Part shown: positions 11,311-23,815 of the stretch, in pieces
How the letters are laid out: each line of letters starts with the position of its first letter
Position numbering within the stretch: position 1 is the first letter of the stretch
Assembly (NCBI RefSeq): GCF_001194135.2
Contig: NC_068987.1
Coordinates: 90,235,573 to 90,299,572 of the forward strand
Origin: Octopus bimaculoides
Taxonomy: Eukaryota
Length of the DNA stretch: 64,000 nucleotides
Reading direction: 5' to 3'
Notes under the pieces: generated by a model
Seen by the model: only the letters and a program-made list of their open reading frames with translations
Databases searched by the model: none
What the model was told of the DNA's origin: nothing
Made by a program: the position numbers and the translations under genes

Positions 11311-12078
11311 ACCAAAATAATTTTCTTATCTTCAAGACTGCATTGTTAAATTAACCCAGGTGATTATATATGAGCTTTAAAGGTTTTTTAAATTTTTTAT
11401 CAACAAGAAGTTTATACAAGACTTTTAATCAATTTTAAAATATTCAAAGATATCTGATGTAAATGCATCTGCAAAATGGATTTCTTTTCTTGATGCATTG
11501 CATATGCATTTCAGTTGCATATGCAAGCCATCATAGAAACAAGTCTTACAGAGGACAATTCAAAATCATTTCAAAAAAGATAAAACTATTACAAAGCTTT
11601 GAAACCTATCAATTAAATACTTGGTAAAAGCCCCAGACGATACAAAGAAAAAAAGACTAAAATCTGGTTGGCTATTAATGATAAAGTGAAAGTGAAAGTG
11701 AAAGCTATGATAAATAACAGTGTTGGAAATATGTCAAGCTATACCTGATGAAGACTCAGAAAGAGCAACAGAGAATGAAACAAATCAACAAGAAAATTCA
11801 GAAGACTTGCAACTGGTGCTTAGATGTGAGAAATTCTAAAAGTTATCTGATATGGTTTGCAACATCTACCAGCAGAATTTCAAATGTAAATAGAGTATGA
11901 ACACCATATTATGAATTAATAACTTCAAACCAAATAATAATTTCAAATTTTAAAAATATTAATTGGTTTTCATAATGTACATAAATTGGACCAGTGGAAA
12001 TTTCATAGATATAGAACATGTGACTTCTTGCTATAAACACAGAATATTGAATACGTATATTAATCTAGGGATATATAT

Positions 12079-12628
12079 CTTTTATCATTTACTTGTTTGA
12101 GTCATTAGACTGTGGCCATGCTGGGGCACCACCTTGAATTTTTAGTTGAATGAACCAACCCCAGAACTTTTTTCTTTTTTAAAGCCTGGTACTTATTCTA
12201 TCAGTCTCTTGGGGATGTAAACACACCAACACCAGTTGTCAAGCAATGGAGCAGGCACAAACAAACACACAAACACACACACGTGTGTGTAGATACAAAG
12301 ACAAATGCACAGTATCGCCGATGATGCCTGGTGGCCATAAGTGGTGAATGTGCTCTGTGGACACACTACCTGGGACTGAAACCCTGAAACAAGGTTTGAA
12401 TACTGCATTTAATGCCTACTTTCTAAACCTCAATTCTTTAATTCTTAATTGAACTTATATATATCTGAAAGGTTTCCTTCAATTTCCATCTACCAAATCC
12501 AATGAAAAAGGCTTTGGTCATCTCAACGCTATAGTAGAAGACACTTGCTTGAAGTGCCTCACAATGGGACTGAACCGGGAACCATGTGGTTTAGAAGTAA
12601 GCTTCTTACCACGCAGCCTTGCTGGCAT
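12079..12628 (-). mobile_element. diverged SINE family A, interrupted at about 12300-12465
   Basis: tail at 12085-12130 and head at 12465-12628 match family A. Confidence 0.75.
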
Positions 12629-13819
12629 CTGAATACAGTATTTCATTCACACATGAAGATTCTCATCTTTAGTTTCAGTGTTAGCTAAGTTGGTAGTTAA
12701 TCCATTTAAAGAAGGGTTTTTTTAGCTCTAACCCTTTAACTGGATTGACTGATTTGAGCTTTTATTAATATTATTTACATTTGTTTTGTTTTTTGTTAGA
12801 AATTGTGATTTTCTGATGCTCAAAACATAATGTAAAGACTACTTTTGTTTTCATTAAAAGAAAGGCAAAATAAGGTTCGAGGACAGTTGAAAAATTCACT
12901 TTTAAGTGAATAAGTGCTGCTAATATTTCAAGGTTTTTAGTATTTTACAGGAAAATACAAATTAAATCAAAAATAGATTTATTAACTAGTTTTTGAAAAT
13001 ACATAAAAATTTTTTTAGCCGAGTAAAGAATAATAAAAAAAGAAGTAAAAAGAAAAACTAAAAATGCTTGCTTAAATGGTAAGATAAAAATATTTCCCGG
13101 CAAATGAAATTCTGTTTTTTCTGCAGGTTAGCATGGAAAAGTTAATTTTAAGCTAACAAATATGTATATATAGGAATATTTGTGAAAAACTACATTAGCC
13201 AAAAGACACACACGGAAAAAAACATATTTGTAGAAAGACAAATTGATCAAAAACATTCTGGTCAAAGAAATGGTAGAATATTCATCAAAATTTTAATATT
13301 TTTTCAAAGAAATAGATAGAAAGTAATGCAATGATTTATTGATATTTTAATCACTTGTCATAATGTTCTTATGGTCCTAAGATTTATAAATTGCTGATAT
13401 ATATATTTGTAGGAATCAACAGATTATATAGAACCTACAGAATGTTCCAACAGCTTGAGGAAGTTATTAACAATAATGATAAGATATAAACATTGAGGTT
13501 ACAAAATCATTAGTGTTCTTTAACGAGATATGCTAGGTGTACATTTATTATCCTAGATTGACTGCTTAAGAATCAGTCATGTAGAAGTATCCAATGTATT
13601 GCTCTGGTCATGTGACTATATTAGAAATGGTTATTACAGGGACAATGGATGACGGGGTGGGGGAGGGGTTAATTCTTAGAATGTGAAACAGGTAGCAACC
13701 CTTAGTTATGTCTTCAGGCTCTAAGACGAAATTCTGCCACAATCAACATTTGGCTGTCATCCTTTATAGATCAATGAAATAAATACCAAACAAATTATTA
13801 GATCCCCACCCCAAAGTCC

Positions 13820-14118
13820 AGTCCTTGTTGTAGTGTGATGGCTTCTATACCTCAACGACCTTGTGAGTTAAGCCAGGGGAGCAGAAGCTCTTGATAAGGG
13901 CCTCCCATGCTGGGCAGGTCAAAGGATAGGGGCCAAACTAATATGGGTCACCTCTTGCCAGAAATAAAAATGGGTTTGTGTAGGGCCAACACCCTTACTA
14001 GAACAAAAACAATGTTACAGAAGCATTGATGACAATTCAAAACTAACAAAAGCGTAGGGAGAGAAAGACAGCGCAGAGTCCCCTATGCCCTATAGGGACT
14101 GAAGGTTTTAAGTAAGTA
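13820..14118 (+). mobile_element. short element resembling an RTE 5'UTR joined to a (TAAG)n tail
   Basis: GTCCTTGTTG..CCTCAACGACC..GGGCAGGTCAAAGGATAGGGGCCAAACTAA; ends GGGACTGAAGGTTTTAAGTAAGTAA; 5' part recurs at 60338-60560. Confidence 0.5.
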
Positions 14119-15519
14119 AATTATTAGATCAATCTAATTGACTGTACACTGCACATAAATGTTGTAGTCATAAGTCAAGTTTAGAAATCCTTAATATGGC
14201 TAAAGAACTTAGAACATACAAATGTTTATATGATAAACAAATAACAAAATACGTGAATTTGTTAAACTGGCCAACTCCTGCCATCTTGGGAAATAAACAT
14301 TAAATGATGATATGTGCACATTCATCATTTTTGTAATGTCCATAGCTCAATGGGGATAGATGGTGTATTTCACTCCAGGCTGAACCTTGTGCAAATATTC
14401 CCTTTACCACAACTACAACCTTTGCCATCATCCCCACAATCACAACAAATTTATCTTTCGAGTACCACTACCCAATTCCCCTCCCCTCCACCAATCATCA
14501 CTAACACCACTCCAGTTATTATGAATGAACTGTCTTCAATCACACTACAGAGACAAGATGGCAGGAAGATAAAAGTAGCAGAGGGTATAGCTATAGAGGT
14601 ATGGTAGATGTCTAACAATGGTGATGGATGGCAGATGTGATGATGGTGGTGGCAGAACTGTTTATGTTCATACTGGGAACAGAGGTCTTGGGGTATTCAG
14701 ACATAATACCAAAGTTCAAGCTCAGCAGTAGATCCCAGACTTGAATTCTGTATCCAGTGGGGTGTGGTCTGGGACATCAAACCACAGGATACACTAGTGT
14801 GTAGAATATGAGCCACATTAATACTATTAATAGAGAAAACAAAACACTGAGAAGGTGTATTAGCAAGATTATGTGTTTCGTAAACACTATTCAAACTAAA
14901 TTACAATTAGCCACTTATTAGAATTAAATCTCTGGATATTCTGATTAAGTATTATCATCCAGTTATTGTTATCTAAAAGGCTATAATGGCTTCACCTCCC
15001 TCTCCCTAGCTGTGTGTGTGTGTGTGTGTGGGAGAGTGTGCACATCTCTATATCATTAATGACTGCATGGTTAAAGTACCAAACAAGTAGTTACTGGGTC
15101 ACAGCTTCCTAAACCATTGCAGGCATTTCACTGAATCTGAGCAAGATACTTATGTTGCCTAACACCTTATTCAGAGGAAGAATATCAATTTCTTCCCCAC
15201 CAATCACAACAATAGCTGCATTGATCCTTCTGGTCGAATACGAAATACCTAAATCATGAAAAGGAATTTGAAATTTTAAACACCAAGTGAAGAGAAAGAA
15301 ATGAGGACAAGAGAAGGAGAATTTGAGGAAGAAAGAATGAGAGAAAGAGTGATAAAGGCTAACAGACAGAAACTTTGAGGTCACTGTCAGCCCTCTTCTT
15401 GTAAAAGTTTAGTAAGCATGTATTCTACTAAAAAAATATTGAATTTAACAGTTTAATGTTAAATTGCTTTTATATAGAACTGACATAAAAACATTAACGA
15501 GGGGCCTTGTCCAGCAAGT

Positions 15520-15732
15520 TACTCAGTGACCTCACTAGAGCTGGTGCCATATAGAAAGCATCTAATAGATTGTGTAAAGTGGTTGGCATTAGGAAAGGTA
15601 TCCAGCTTTAGAAATCCATGAACAGAAACCAAAACAGACAGCAGGGTTTGGTGCAATCTTCTTATTTGCCAGTTTCTGCCAAAGTGGCCCTACCCATACC
15701 AGCATGAAAAACAGACATTAAATGATGATGAT
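15520..15732 (+). mobile_element. RTE 3'UTR/tail fragment
   Basis: GGTTGGCATTAGGAAAGGTATCCAGC...CAGCATGAAAAACAGACATTAAATGATGATGA. Confidence 0.75.
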
Positions 15733-15736
15733 TATT

Positions 15737-15779
<43 letters not shown>

Positions 15780-16025
15780 AGAGAGAGAGAGAGAGATGGA
15801 AGAAAGGAGAAAGAGAGTGTATGATGACTAACACAGAAAGCTGTATGAAGCAATTGTATTAAAGTAAGGTAGAAATTGAAATTTAAGATGACACAGCAAA
15901 AGCTTAACGTATTTGTTTCTCTTAAAAAGAGAGAAGGAAAAAAAACAATTTCTGTTTACATATCCCACAGTTAAATCTCATTTTCAATACAAAGATATCA
16001 CAGAGATAGAGTTACATTTCCTCAC

Positions 16026-16085
16026 TGCAAACTTTTCCATACACCTGTTATCAAGACTTCATTTGTCAGGGCAGAAGCGTCAATC
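16026..16085 (-). CDS. candidate 60-nt exon (IDASALTNEVLITGVWKSL)
   Basis: ttatttttcaaaag acceptor, gtgagg donor at 16025, open frame; short, so chance is plausible. Confidence 0.15.
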
Positions 16086-16581
16086 CTTTTGAAAAATAAG
16101 TCTTTCTACTTTTATTTTCCACTTCCACTTGAGCTGATTTGTTTGATTATTATATTTTGGGAGGGGTTACAAAGCAGTTCCCAGAAATGCCAACGGCAGT
16201 GCTAATAACTGATAACTATGTCAATGTGCTCAAATAACAGAATCTTAAACTATGAGCAATCTTAAACCACAAAATTTTCATTTTGAAGACTAAAACACAG
16301 TGCTTTGTTCATTGAAGCAATAAACTGCTTCAGGATAAAATGTTGCTCAGATTCATAACACAGCTAAGTCTAACATCTGAAAACTATTAGTTTCTATATT
16401 GTGGTGAGGTTCATGTGGCTAAAGATGGCAGTGAGATTACTTTAGCCATGCTTCAGTTGAAGACTGGCAGCAAAGAACCAAGAAGAGGCACTTTGTTGTG
16501 TTGGGGCAATCCAAGGCCTTAAATTGCCCAATGTGACGATCTCCACATTTTGAGATTTCTTTGTTTTTAAGTGCTTGTCTC

Positions 16582-16632
<51 letters not shown>

Positions 16633-16654
16633 TATTATTATTATTATTATTATT
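16582..16654. repeat. (AAT)n directly followed by (ATT)n (self-complementary microsatellite)
   Basis: direct reading. Confidence 0.95.
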
Positions 16655-16870
16655 AAGGGAAGCGAGCTGGCAGAATAGTTAGTACACTGAATGAAATGTT
16701 TAGCAGGATTTCGCATGTTGCTGCATTCTGAGTTCAAATTCTGCCGAGGTCAACTTCACCTTTCAGCCTTTTGGGGTGGATAAAATAAGTACTTGTTGAG
16801 GACTGGGGTTGATGTAATCCACTAGCCTCCTCCCCCAAAATTTCAGGCCTTGTGCCTACAGCAGAAAGAA
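16655..16870 (+). mobile_element. tRNA-derived SINE family B with Meta-like domain (CTTTCATCCTTTCGGGGTCGATAAA consensus), copy 1 of a tandem triplet
   Basis: GAGCTGGCAGAA head, GAGTTCAAATTC B box, GCCTTGTGCC tail; Meta-domain label is from recall. Confidence 0.85.
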
Positions 16871-16908
16871 TTACTATTATCATTAATAATAATAACGATG
16901 ATGATGAT

Positions 16909-17115
16909 AAGGCAGTGAGCTGGCACGGTCATTAGCATACTGGACAAAATGCTTTGCAGCATTTTGTGCATCTCTATGTTATGAGTTCAAATTCTGCCAA
17001 GTTCAATTTTGCCTTTCATCCTTTCAGGATTTTCAAAGTACCAGTTGAGTACTGGAGTTGATGAAATTGACTATCCCTGCTCCTCACAAATTTCAGGCCT
17101 TGTGCCAACAGAAGG

Positions 17116-17116
<1 letters not shown>
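16909..17116 (+). mobile_element. SINE family B, copy 2 of triplet
   Basis: same modules; GCCTTTCATCCTTTC at about 17011. Confidence 0.85.
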
Positions 17117-17160
<44 letters not shown>

Positions 17161-17368
17161 GAAGGTGGTGAGCTGGTAGAATCGTTAGTACACAGGATGA
17201 AATGCATACCGGTACTTCACTCAATGCTACATTCTCAGTTCAAATTCTGCTGAGGCTGACTTTGCCTTTCATCCTTTCAGGGTCGATAAATTAAGTACCT
17301 GTTGCGTACTGGGGTCGATGTGATTGCCTACCCCATACCCTCAAATTCCAGGCCTTCAGTAGAAAGGA
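17161..17368 (+). mobile_element. SINE family B, copy 3 of triplet
   Basis: GACTTTGCCTTTCATCCTTTCAGGGTCGATAAATTAAGTACC. Confidence 0.9.
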
Positions 17369-17384
17369 TTATTATTATTGTTCA

Positions 17385-17535
17385 TTTAGTGTCTGCTTTC
17401 CATGCTAGAATGGGTAATACATCTTGACTGGAATTGGTAACCTCGAGAGTTGTACCTGGTTCCACAATGATCTGGCATGGTTTCTACAGCTGGATGCCCT
17501 TCCTAATGCCAACCACTCCACGAGTGTAATGTCCT
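17385..17535 (-). mobile_element. RTE 3' tail fragment
   Basis: reverse complement of GGAAGGGCATCCAGCTGTAGAAACCATGCCAGATC...CTAGCATGGAAAGCAGACAC. Confidence 0.75.
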
Positions 17536-18380
17536 CTACAATCACAGCCTCTGTTTCACTGCTGTGTAACATGGCTGTTCTCGCAAAAGCTCCCACTTAC
17601 ATTATACAATGTACATTCTCCACTGTATTTGTATTCCATATCCTTACTGTCATCATGTCTTGGGTCATTGTGGCCAACAAAAGAAATTATTGAGGAGGAA
17701 GATGTCCTTCATATGATGGATGCTTTTGAATGATGGGCTTAACACACAACAGGAATACACTGATCTTTCATATCCAATTTGCAAGTCTAATCCAGAGTCC
17801 TGTTCAACTAAAGCATAGAATGAGATGAGCAGCGGATTAGTGAATTGACTGAAGGTTGAACCAGATTGATGTGGCATTATCTATATCTGGCAGATGAGTG
17901 GATGAAAGTAATGGAAAATAAAGTGTTCTATCCAGATACACAAATTAAACTGGTCATCCATAAGTATGCAGACTAATACGGTATGAAATTAGCCACCTGA
18001 CCTCTACAGTGTGTGTGTGTGTGTGTGTGTGTGTACACGTGCTCTCACATGCATGTGCACAGACTTTTAAAAATGTTTTAATTGGCAGAAAAAATTACAA
18101 AAATGACTCAAGAACTGAGAGCTTCATGCATGGCACATATATACATGTACGCATGGACACATGGACACACACACAGAGATAAGGCTAAATGTGGTAACTG
18201 CAGAATAGAAACATTTGTCAATTGAACAATTATATCAGCAGTTCCCAGAGTGGATCAACTGAACTTGAATTCTAAAAGTGTGAAGAATTTGCTTTTGGGA
18301 GTTTTACAAGAGAAGGAATTTCTAATTTTTTTGAATCTAAGAAAAAAAAACAAACAAAAAAACAAAAGTAAAGAAGAAAC

Positions 18381-18631
18381 CTGAATTAAATTTGTTGATG
18401 CCAGTACTATAATAAACAAACAACAATGAACATCAAATGATATTGTTTGGAGTGAGAATATAATGAATGTTTCAAGTGTGAGACTTTCATCAGAGAACAA
18501 GAGAACATGAAATGAGAGCTTGTTAAAAAGGTTTGTAGCAAACAGCTGCCATATTTCTGATCCCAATGTTTTGACAGGCAGCATTGGAAGTGAGCTCAGT
18601 TTAGTATTGCTTTCAGAGGCTTTTATTTCCC
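18381..18631 (-). CDS. candidate 251-nt exon (GEIKASESNTKLSSLPMLPVKTLGSEIWQLFATNLFNKLSFH...ASTNLIQ)
   Basis: cagcag acceptor, CAG/gtttct donor, inside a 131-codon ORF in non-repetitive AT-rich DNA; no homology recognised. Confidence 0.3.
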
Positions 18632-20110
18632 CTGCTGTAACAAGGCACAAAAGATTGTATTTTAGGTTTGTGAAGGAAATAGAAGTGTGAGATCCTTAGC
18701 TTGCTTTACTCTGGGTCACCTGGGGCTGAAGTAAACCTTGAAAAGTGGTGATTTAAATTTAAACCACATCGGAGTAGTTGCTTTTTTGCTTGCTGATAGA
18801 TAGTGCCTACCTTGTTCTATGGTATTTGTTCATCATCAAAGTTTAGTATATTTTCCCAAAAGATAACAGCGCCAATAACGGCAGAGACACTCACAATGCT
18901 ATCTATTCAACCAGTCAAACATGTTTTGATTGTTTCTGTGTGAACACTCATGTATATGCATGCACACACACACCTGTGGTAGTAAACATTCATGCGTGTG
19001 TGTATGTGTGTGAGTGAGTGAGTGTGTGTGCTCATAAGCATGTAATATCCCAATGGTTTATTGATTTTCATATATTCGTTTATTTTTAGTCATTAATTAA
19101 AAATAAAAGAAAACAAAAACAAAAAGAGCAACAGAAAAGAAAGGGAAAAGGAAACGCAGAAACAAATGGTTCAGAAACTATTTTTATAGAAAAGCTTTTA
19201 AAAATAAGCTTTTCTGGCAGCTAAAATGGCAAAATAACAGACAAGTGTGGCAGGTAAAAAATACTAACAAAAATGAATAAATAAATAGATAAAAAACTGG
19301 AAGAAAAAACACTTGGTTTGCAGGTAGAATTATCAAATAAAGAAGAAACAAAATCTACCTGGTATACCTGGAAACATTCACAGCATCTATACTATCTCAT
19401 TAATGAAAAAAGGAAAGAAAAAAAAAGTTATCTGACAAAATGGAATAATCATTCTCAGAGAGAGACTAAGTAGAGACCAAAGAGACTAGAATTTACTTGA
19501 ATACTAGATAACTAAACAGGTCAACATGTGAGAGAGAGAGAGAGAGAGAGAGAATTCTATTGTGTCACTGATACAGAAATTATATAAGTTATTCAACGGT
19601 GAAACATACCTAATACACAAACTGGTACAATGATGAGTCACAGGTTTAAAAGCTACATAATCATTTTGATGCAAGAGCGTCAGTGAAAATGCTGAAATTA
19701 CATTAGCAAAGAATTAAGTAGTCAGTCAGTTGCAGAGCTAAGTTACTTCGGTTACTCATTAAGTTTTTGTTTTGTGACTATGGATGTGTGTATGTTTAAT
19801 GTCCTCCAGTCAATTCACTTTTCGAGCTTATTCAAAATTTGATAATTTGTATAAATAAGTTTGTGCAAAAGAGGAAAATCATTATGGTGTAAAAGCTGTA
19901 AGAAAACAAAGTGATGCTGGTCAGAGGACTGGATGGCAAAGGCGGACAAACAAAGCCACAATTCAGCCTTTGACACACGACAATGGTTCCATCAAGAGAG
20001 AGACAAATCTATATCACCAGCCAATGAACTGTGGAGCATTGGATCAAAGAAATGATTAAATTGCTGGGTATCTGGCTCAGCTAGCACTTTCCCTATGATA
20101 AAACACACTG

Positions 20111-20186
<76 letters not shown>

Positions 20187-20188
<2 letters not shown>

Positions 20189-20658
20189 TGGACTTGACAG
20201 AGCAAAAAATTGGTACAACCACAAACCCGAAGGCATCATCGAAAATGATAATGCAAAAATCCTGTGGGATTTTATGATTCAGTGTGACCATGAGATAGAG
20301 AATAGGAAGCCAGACATAGTGTTAATTGAGAAAGAAAGCAAACTATGCTGGATCATAGATATAGCATGCCCAGCTGACAACAAGGTATGTGATAAGGACG
20401 AAAGTGGAGAGCTATGACAGGTTAGCTTGGGAGATTAAGTAGTTGTGGTCGATGAAAAAGGTAGTAGTAGTACCAATAAGTGTCGGAGCCCTATGAACAG
20501 TGAGTAAAAATCTTGAGAAGTATGTGGAACAAATAGGGACTGCAATAAGGAGCACTTGCAGAAAACAGCAATACTTGGAACTGCTCAAATACACCGGAAG
20601 GTGTTTGAAAAATAAGGGGTGTTACCTTAGTTCCCTGCGTTAGAAGCTGTGCAAAGGC
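20187..20658 (+). mobile_element. 5'-truncated R4/Dong-clade non-LTR retrotransposon (restriction-like endonuclease C-terminus), frameshifted
   Basis: translates as NWYNHKPEGIIENDNAKILWDFMIQCDHEIENRKPDIVLIEKESKLCWIIDIACPADNK...LWSMKKVVVVPISVGAL...QKTAILGTAQI; flanked by (AAT)n at 20112-20186 and 20659-20676. Confidence 0.9.
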
Positions 20659-20676
20659 AATAATAATAATAATAAT

Positions 20677-20915
20677 CCTTTCTACTATAGGTACATGGCA
20701 TGAAATTTAGGAGGAGAGGGCTAGTTGATTACATNNNNNNNNNNNNNNNNNNNNNNNCCCCCCCCAGTGTTTAACTGACATTTATTTCACTGACCCCAAA
20801 AGGATGAAAGGCAAAGTCGACCTCAGTAGAATTTGAACTCAGATCATAAAGATGGATGAAATGCCACTTAAGCATTTAGCCTGGTATGTTAACAATTCTG
20901 TCAGCTTGCTTCCTT
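20677..20915 (-). mobile_element. SINE family B spanning an assembly gap
   Basis: AAAGGATGAAAGGCAAAGTCGACC and GAATTTGAACTC on the plus strand. Confidence 0.8.
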
Positions 20916-22327
20916 AATAATAATGACAAAAACAATGTGGAAGGATTTTGACAAGAAATATTCTAATTTTTTCAATCGATGGAACCAACCAATTATGTAA
21001 GGTGACTGGGTGCTTCACAAACACTTGTACTAATACAACAAAGATAGGCCTTCAAGTTTAATGCACAGTAACCTTGGATCAAGTGAAAGCTATGGATTAA
21101 CCAAAGTGCCACATAATGGGACTGGACTTTGGGCTTTATCACTACAAAGCAAACATTTTAGACTATATTCTTGAAAGTAATGCCTCAGGATAGACAAAAT
21201 CTAAGCAGAAACTAGCAGAAGAAAATGGTGTGTGTGCTTTTCATCATCATCATTTAATGCCCGCTTTCCATGCTAGCATGGGTTGGACGATTTGACTGAG
21301 GACTGGCTATGTGCATAAATGACTGAAGGCTTGTAGCCTTCATCCATTTATGTGGTGAGGTGTTTGGCTCATGATCATTAAGTTGTAAGTACAATTCTAG
21401 GACTGGCAGCACATAAATACCAAGGTGTACTTTCTCATAAGTGACAGCCTGCAGTGCTTCATGAATAAATGAGATACACTCAGTCACAGAATATATGTAT
21501 CTATTGATTTTGTTCTGCATAAAATGAGTTCCAACGTTCCCTTTTCAGTGCTGAGTTAGTACAACAGAGGACAATAATAAAAGAGAGATAAATATGGATG
21601 TTAATTAAGTAGAATAATACAACTAGTTTTAAAACAAAAAGGAATATAGAACAGAATAGCAAATGACAAATAATAAGTTCCGAATATCAGTAGAAGTCGC
21701 ATGATCAAATGTTATTGAAACTCACAGAAAGCCATTAGGATGAGTGACAGGCCTATTGAAATATCAGGACAGATGATCTTGTGATTAAGAGGAAAACAAA
21801 ATAAATAAATAAATAACCAGTTACTAAATTTAGAAGAAAATATTCAAAACAAAATGAGGTACCATTAGGATTGTCTAAAGAAATATCTAAGTTACAAGAA
21901 GCATAATAATGAAACAATGATATCAGAGACAAGAGAGAGATTTATTGAATCTATATTTATCTTGTGAGTGCATCTGAACAGAGAAGATGAGAGTGAAATC
22001 AAGGATCAATATAAATAGTTCACATTATGAAATATGATGATACAGCACATTCAGAATAAAATGAACTCAATCAGAACTAATGCGTAGTAGCAGTGGTGGT
22101 GATATGTGTTTTGTTTTGTTTCAATTAGCACAGTAATGGATGGTACAACCAGTAGAGCATTGGTCAAACTGTGTTGGAGCAGTCCACTTTTCTTATATAG
22201 ACTATTTTATTTACTGACTTCAGAAGAATGAGAAACAGAGTCAAATACTAGGGGGTAGATTTAATGAACTGAATCACCCAACCCACCCATGGGAACTTGT
22301 GGCTCCCAGCCTATTATCAGCCCTGTT

Positions 22328-22437
<110 letters not shown>

Positions 22438-22680
22438 AGGGTTGGTTGGTTGCTTCCTTCGTTGCAATTACAGCTATTTACTCTTTCTGAACATTCCTTT
22501 GACCCCAGTCCAAGTCTTACAGAATAATACAAACAAGACAAATTATTCTATCTTTAGAACATTAAGAAGGCAATAAATAAATAAATACCAAACGGTGCCA
22601 ACAGCAGCCTCAACCAACTTGAATGTGATGTCACAGAGTTAGAAATACATAAGCATACCATAGGGAATAGAGAAAAACAT

Positions 22681-22884
22681 GGGTTTCAAATTTTGGTACA
22701 AGGCCACCAAGCTCAGGGGAGGGGCTAAGTCAATTATATCGATCCCAGAGATCAACTGAGACTTATTTAATTGATCCTGGAAGTATGAAAAGTGAAGTCG
22801 ACCAGGGCAGAATTTGAACTCGGAATGTAAAGACAGATGAAATGCCACTAAGCATTTTGCTAACAATTTTACCAGCTCATCACA
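22681..22884 (-). mobile_element. SINE family B
   Basis: GTCGACCAGGGCAGAATTTGAACTCGG; tail TTTCAAATTTTGGTACAAGGCC. Confidence 0.8.
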
Positions 22885-22888
22885 TTAA

Positions 22889-23110
22889 CCCTTTCCTTAC
22901 CAACCCAGCTGAAACTGTCTCTGGCTCTGTAGTACAAATGTCTTGTTTTCATAAGTTTTGAATTAAAATCTTCCACCAAACCTTAGTCACAATTTATGTT
23001 CCTAACACTAGCTTAATGACAACTAAGTTATTTTATTAAATTCTTTGTTGTATTTAAAAGTAACTGAAAGAAACACAGAACATCTCAAAATAAATACAGT
23101 TATGAAAGGG
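22889..23110. mobile_element. piggyBac-type MITE (about 222 bp)
   Basis: TTAA|CCCTTTC...GAAAGGG|TTAA termini with TTAA target duplication; further copies at 27385 and 50522. Confidence 0.85.
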
Positions 23111-23360
23111 TTAAAACTATTCTTTCATATTTTTTAATGGTCTCAGTCATCAAGAAACGTTATCTTGTGACAGGACTATGACAGCAAGCACATTGAAAAG
23201 AGGTAAGTAAGTTATAAGAATTAACCCTTTGATGGCCATGTTTCTTATGACATACACAAACTATCATTCAATTCATTTTGAAAAGAAACCAGAATTTGAA
23301 GGAATTTCCCAAAATCACCAATTTCCTAATTGAACTGGTGTAAGGTAGAAAGCTTGCAGA

Positions 23361-23609
23361 ATTTACATTTGACAGATATTTGTCCTCATCTTGTTTGTTG
23401 TTAACACGTTTCGGCTGATATACTCTCCAGCCTTCATTAAGTGTCTTGGGGGAATTTCGAACCTGGGTTCTCATTCCTTAGGTATTTTTTTCTCAATGTT
23501 GTTATTATTATTATTATTATTACTATTATTATTATTCAGGTCACTGCCTGGAATCGAACTCGGAATCTTGGGGTTAGTAGCCCACACTTTTAACCACTAT
23601 GCCATATGC
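23361..23609 (-). mobile_element. tRNA-headed SINE with internal (AAT)n and a hammerhead-like Penelope-type 3' module
   Basis: A box TGGCATAGTGG, B box GAGTTCGATTCC, then GACAC-TTAATGA-AGGCTG..CAGCC-GAAAC-GTGTT. Confidence 0.65.
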
Positions 23610-23815
23610 AGAATTGTTAGAATGTTGGATAAAATGCTCAGTGGCATTCCTTCCAACTCTTCATACTCTGAGTTCAAATTCCACTGGGGTCAATTTTACT
23701 TTTTATACTTTAAGAATTGATAAAATAAGCCCCAGTCAAGCACCATGATTGATGTAATCGATTAACACCCTGACTTTTCTTTAAAATTGCTGGCCTTGTA
23801 TCTGTAGTAGGGAGA
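23610..23815 (+). mobile_element. diverged SINE family B, head to head with the previous SINE
   Basis: CTGAGTTCAAATTCC..GATAAAATAAG..TGGCCTTGT. Confidence 0.7.

Noticed and set aside
11683-11704. (AAAGTG)n resembling an IRF/PRDM1 site
   Set aside because: A short simple repeat that is expected by chance in this genome.
11745-11765. CTGATGAAGACTCAGAAA as a hammerhead core (also CTGAAGA..GAAA at about 2363-2390)
   Set aside because: Stem II or stem I cannot form convincingly.
14314-14607. P/Q/T-rich ORF
   Set aside because: Low-complexity CA-rich composition, with no splice or homology support.
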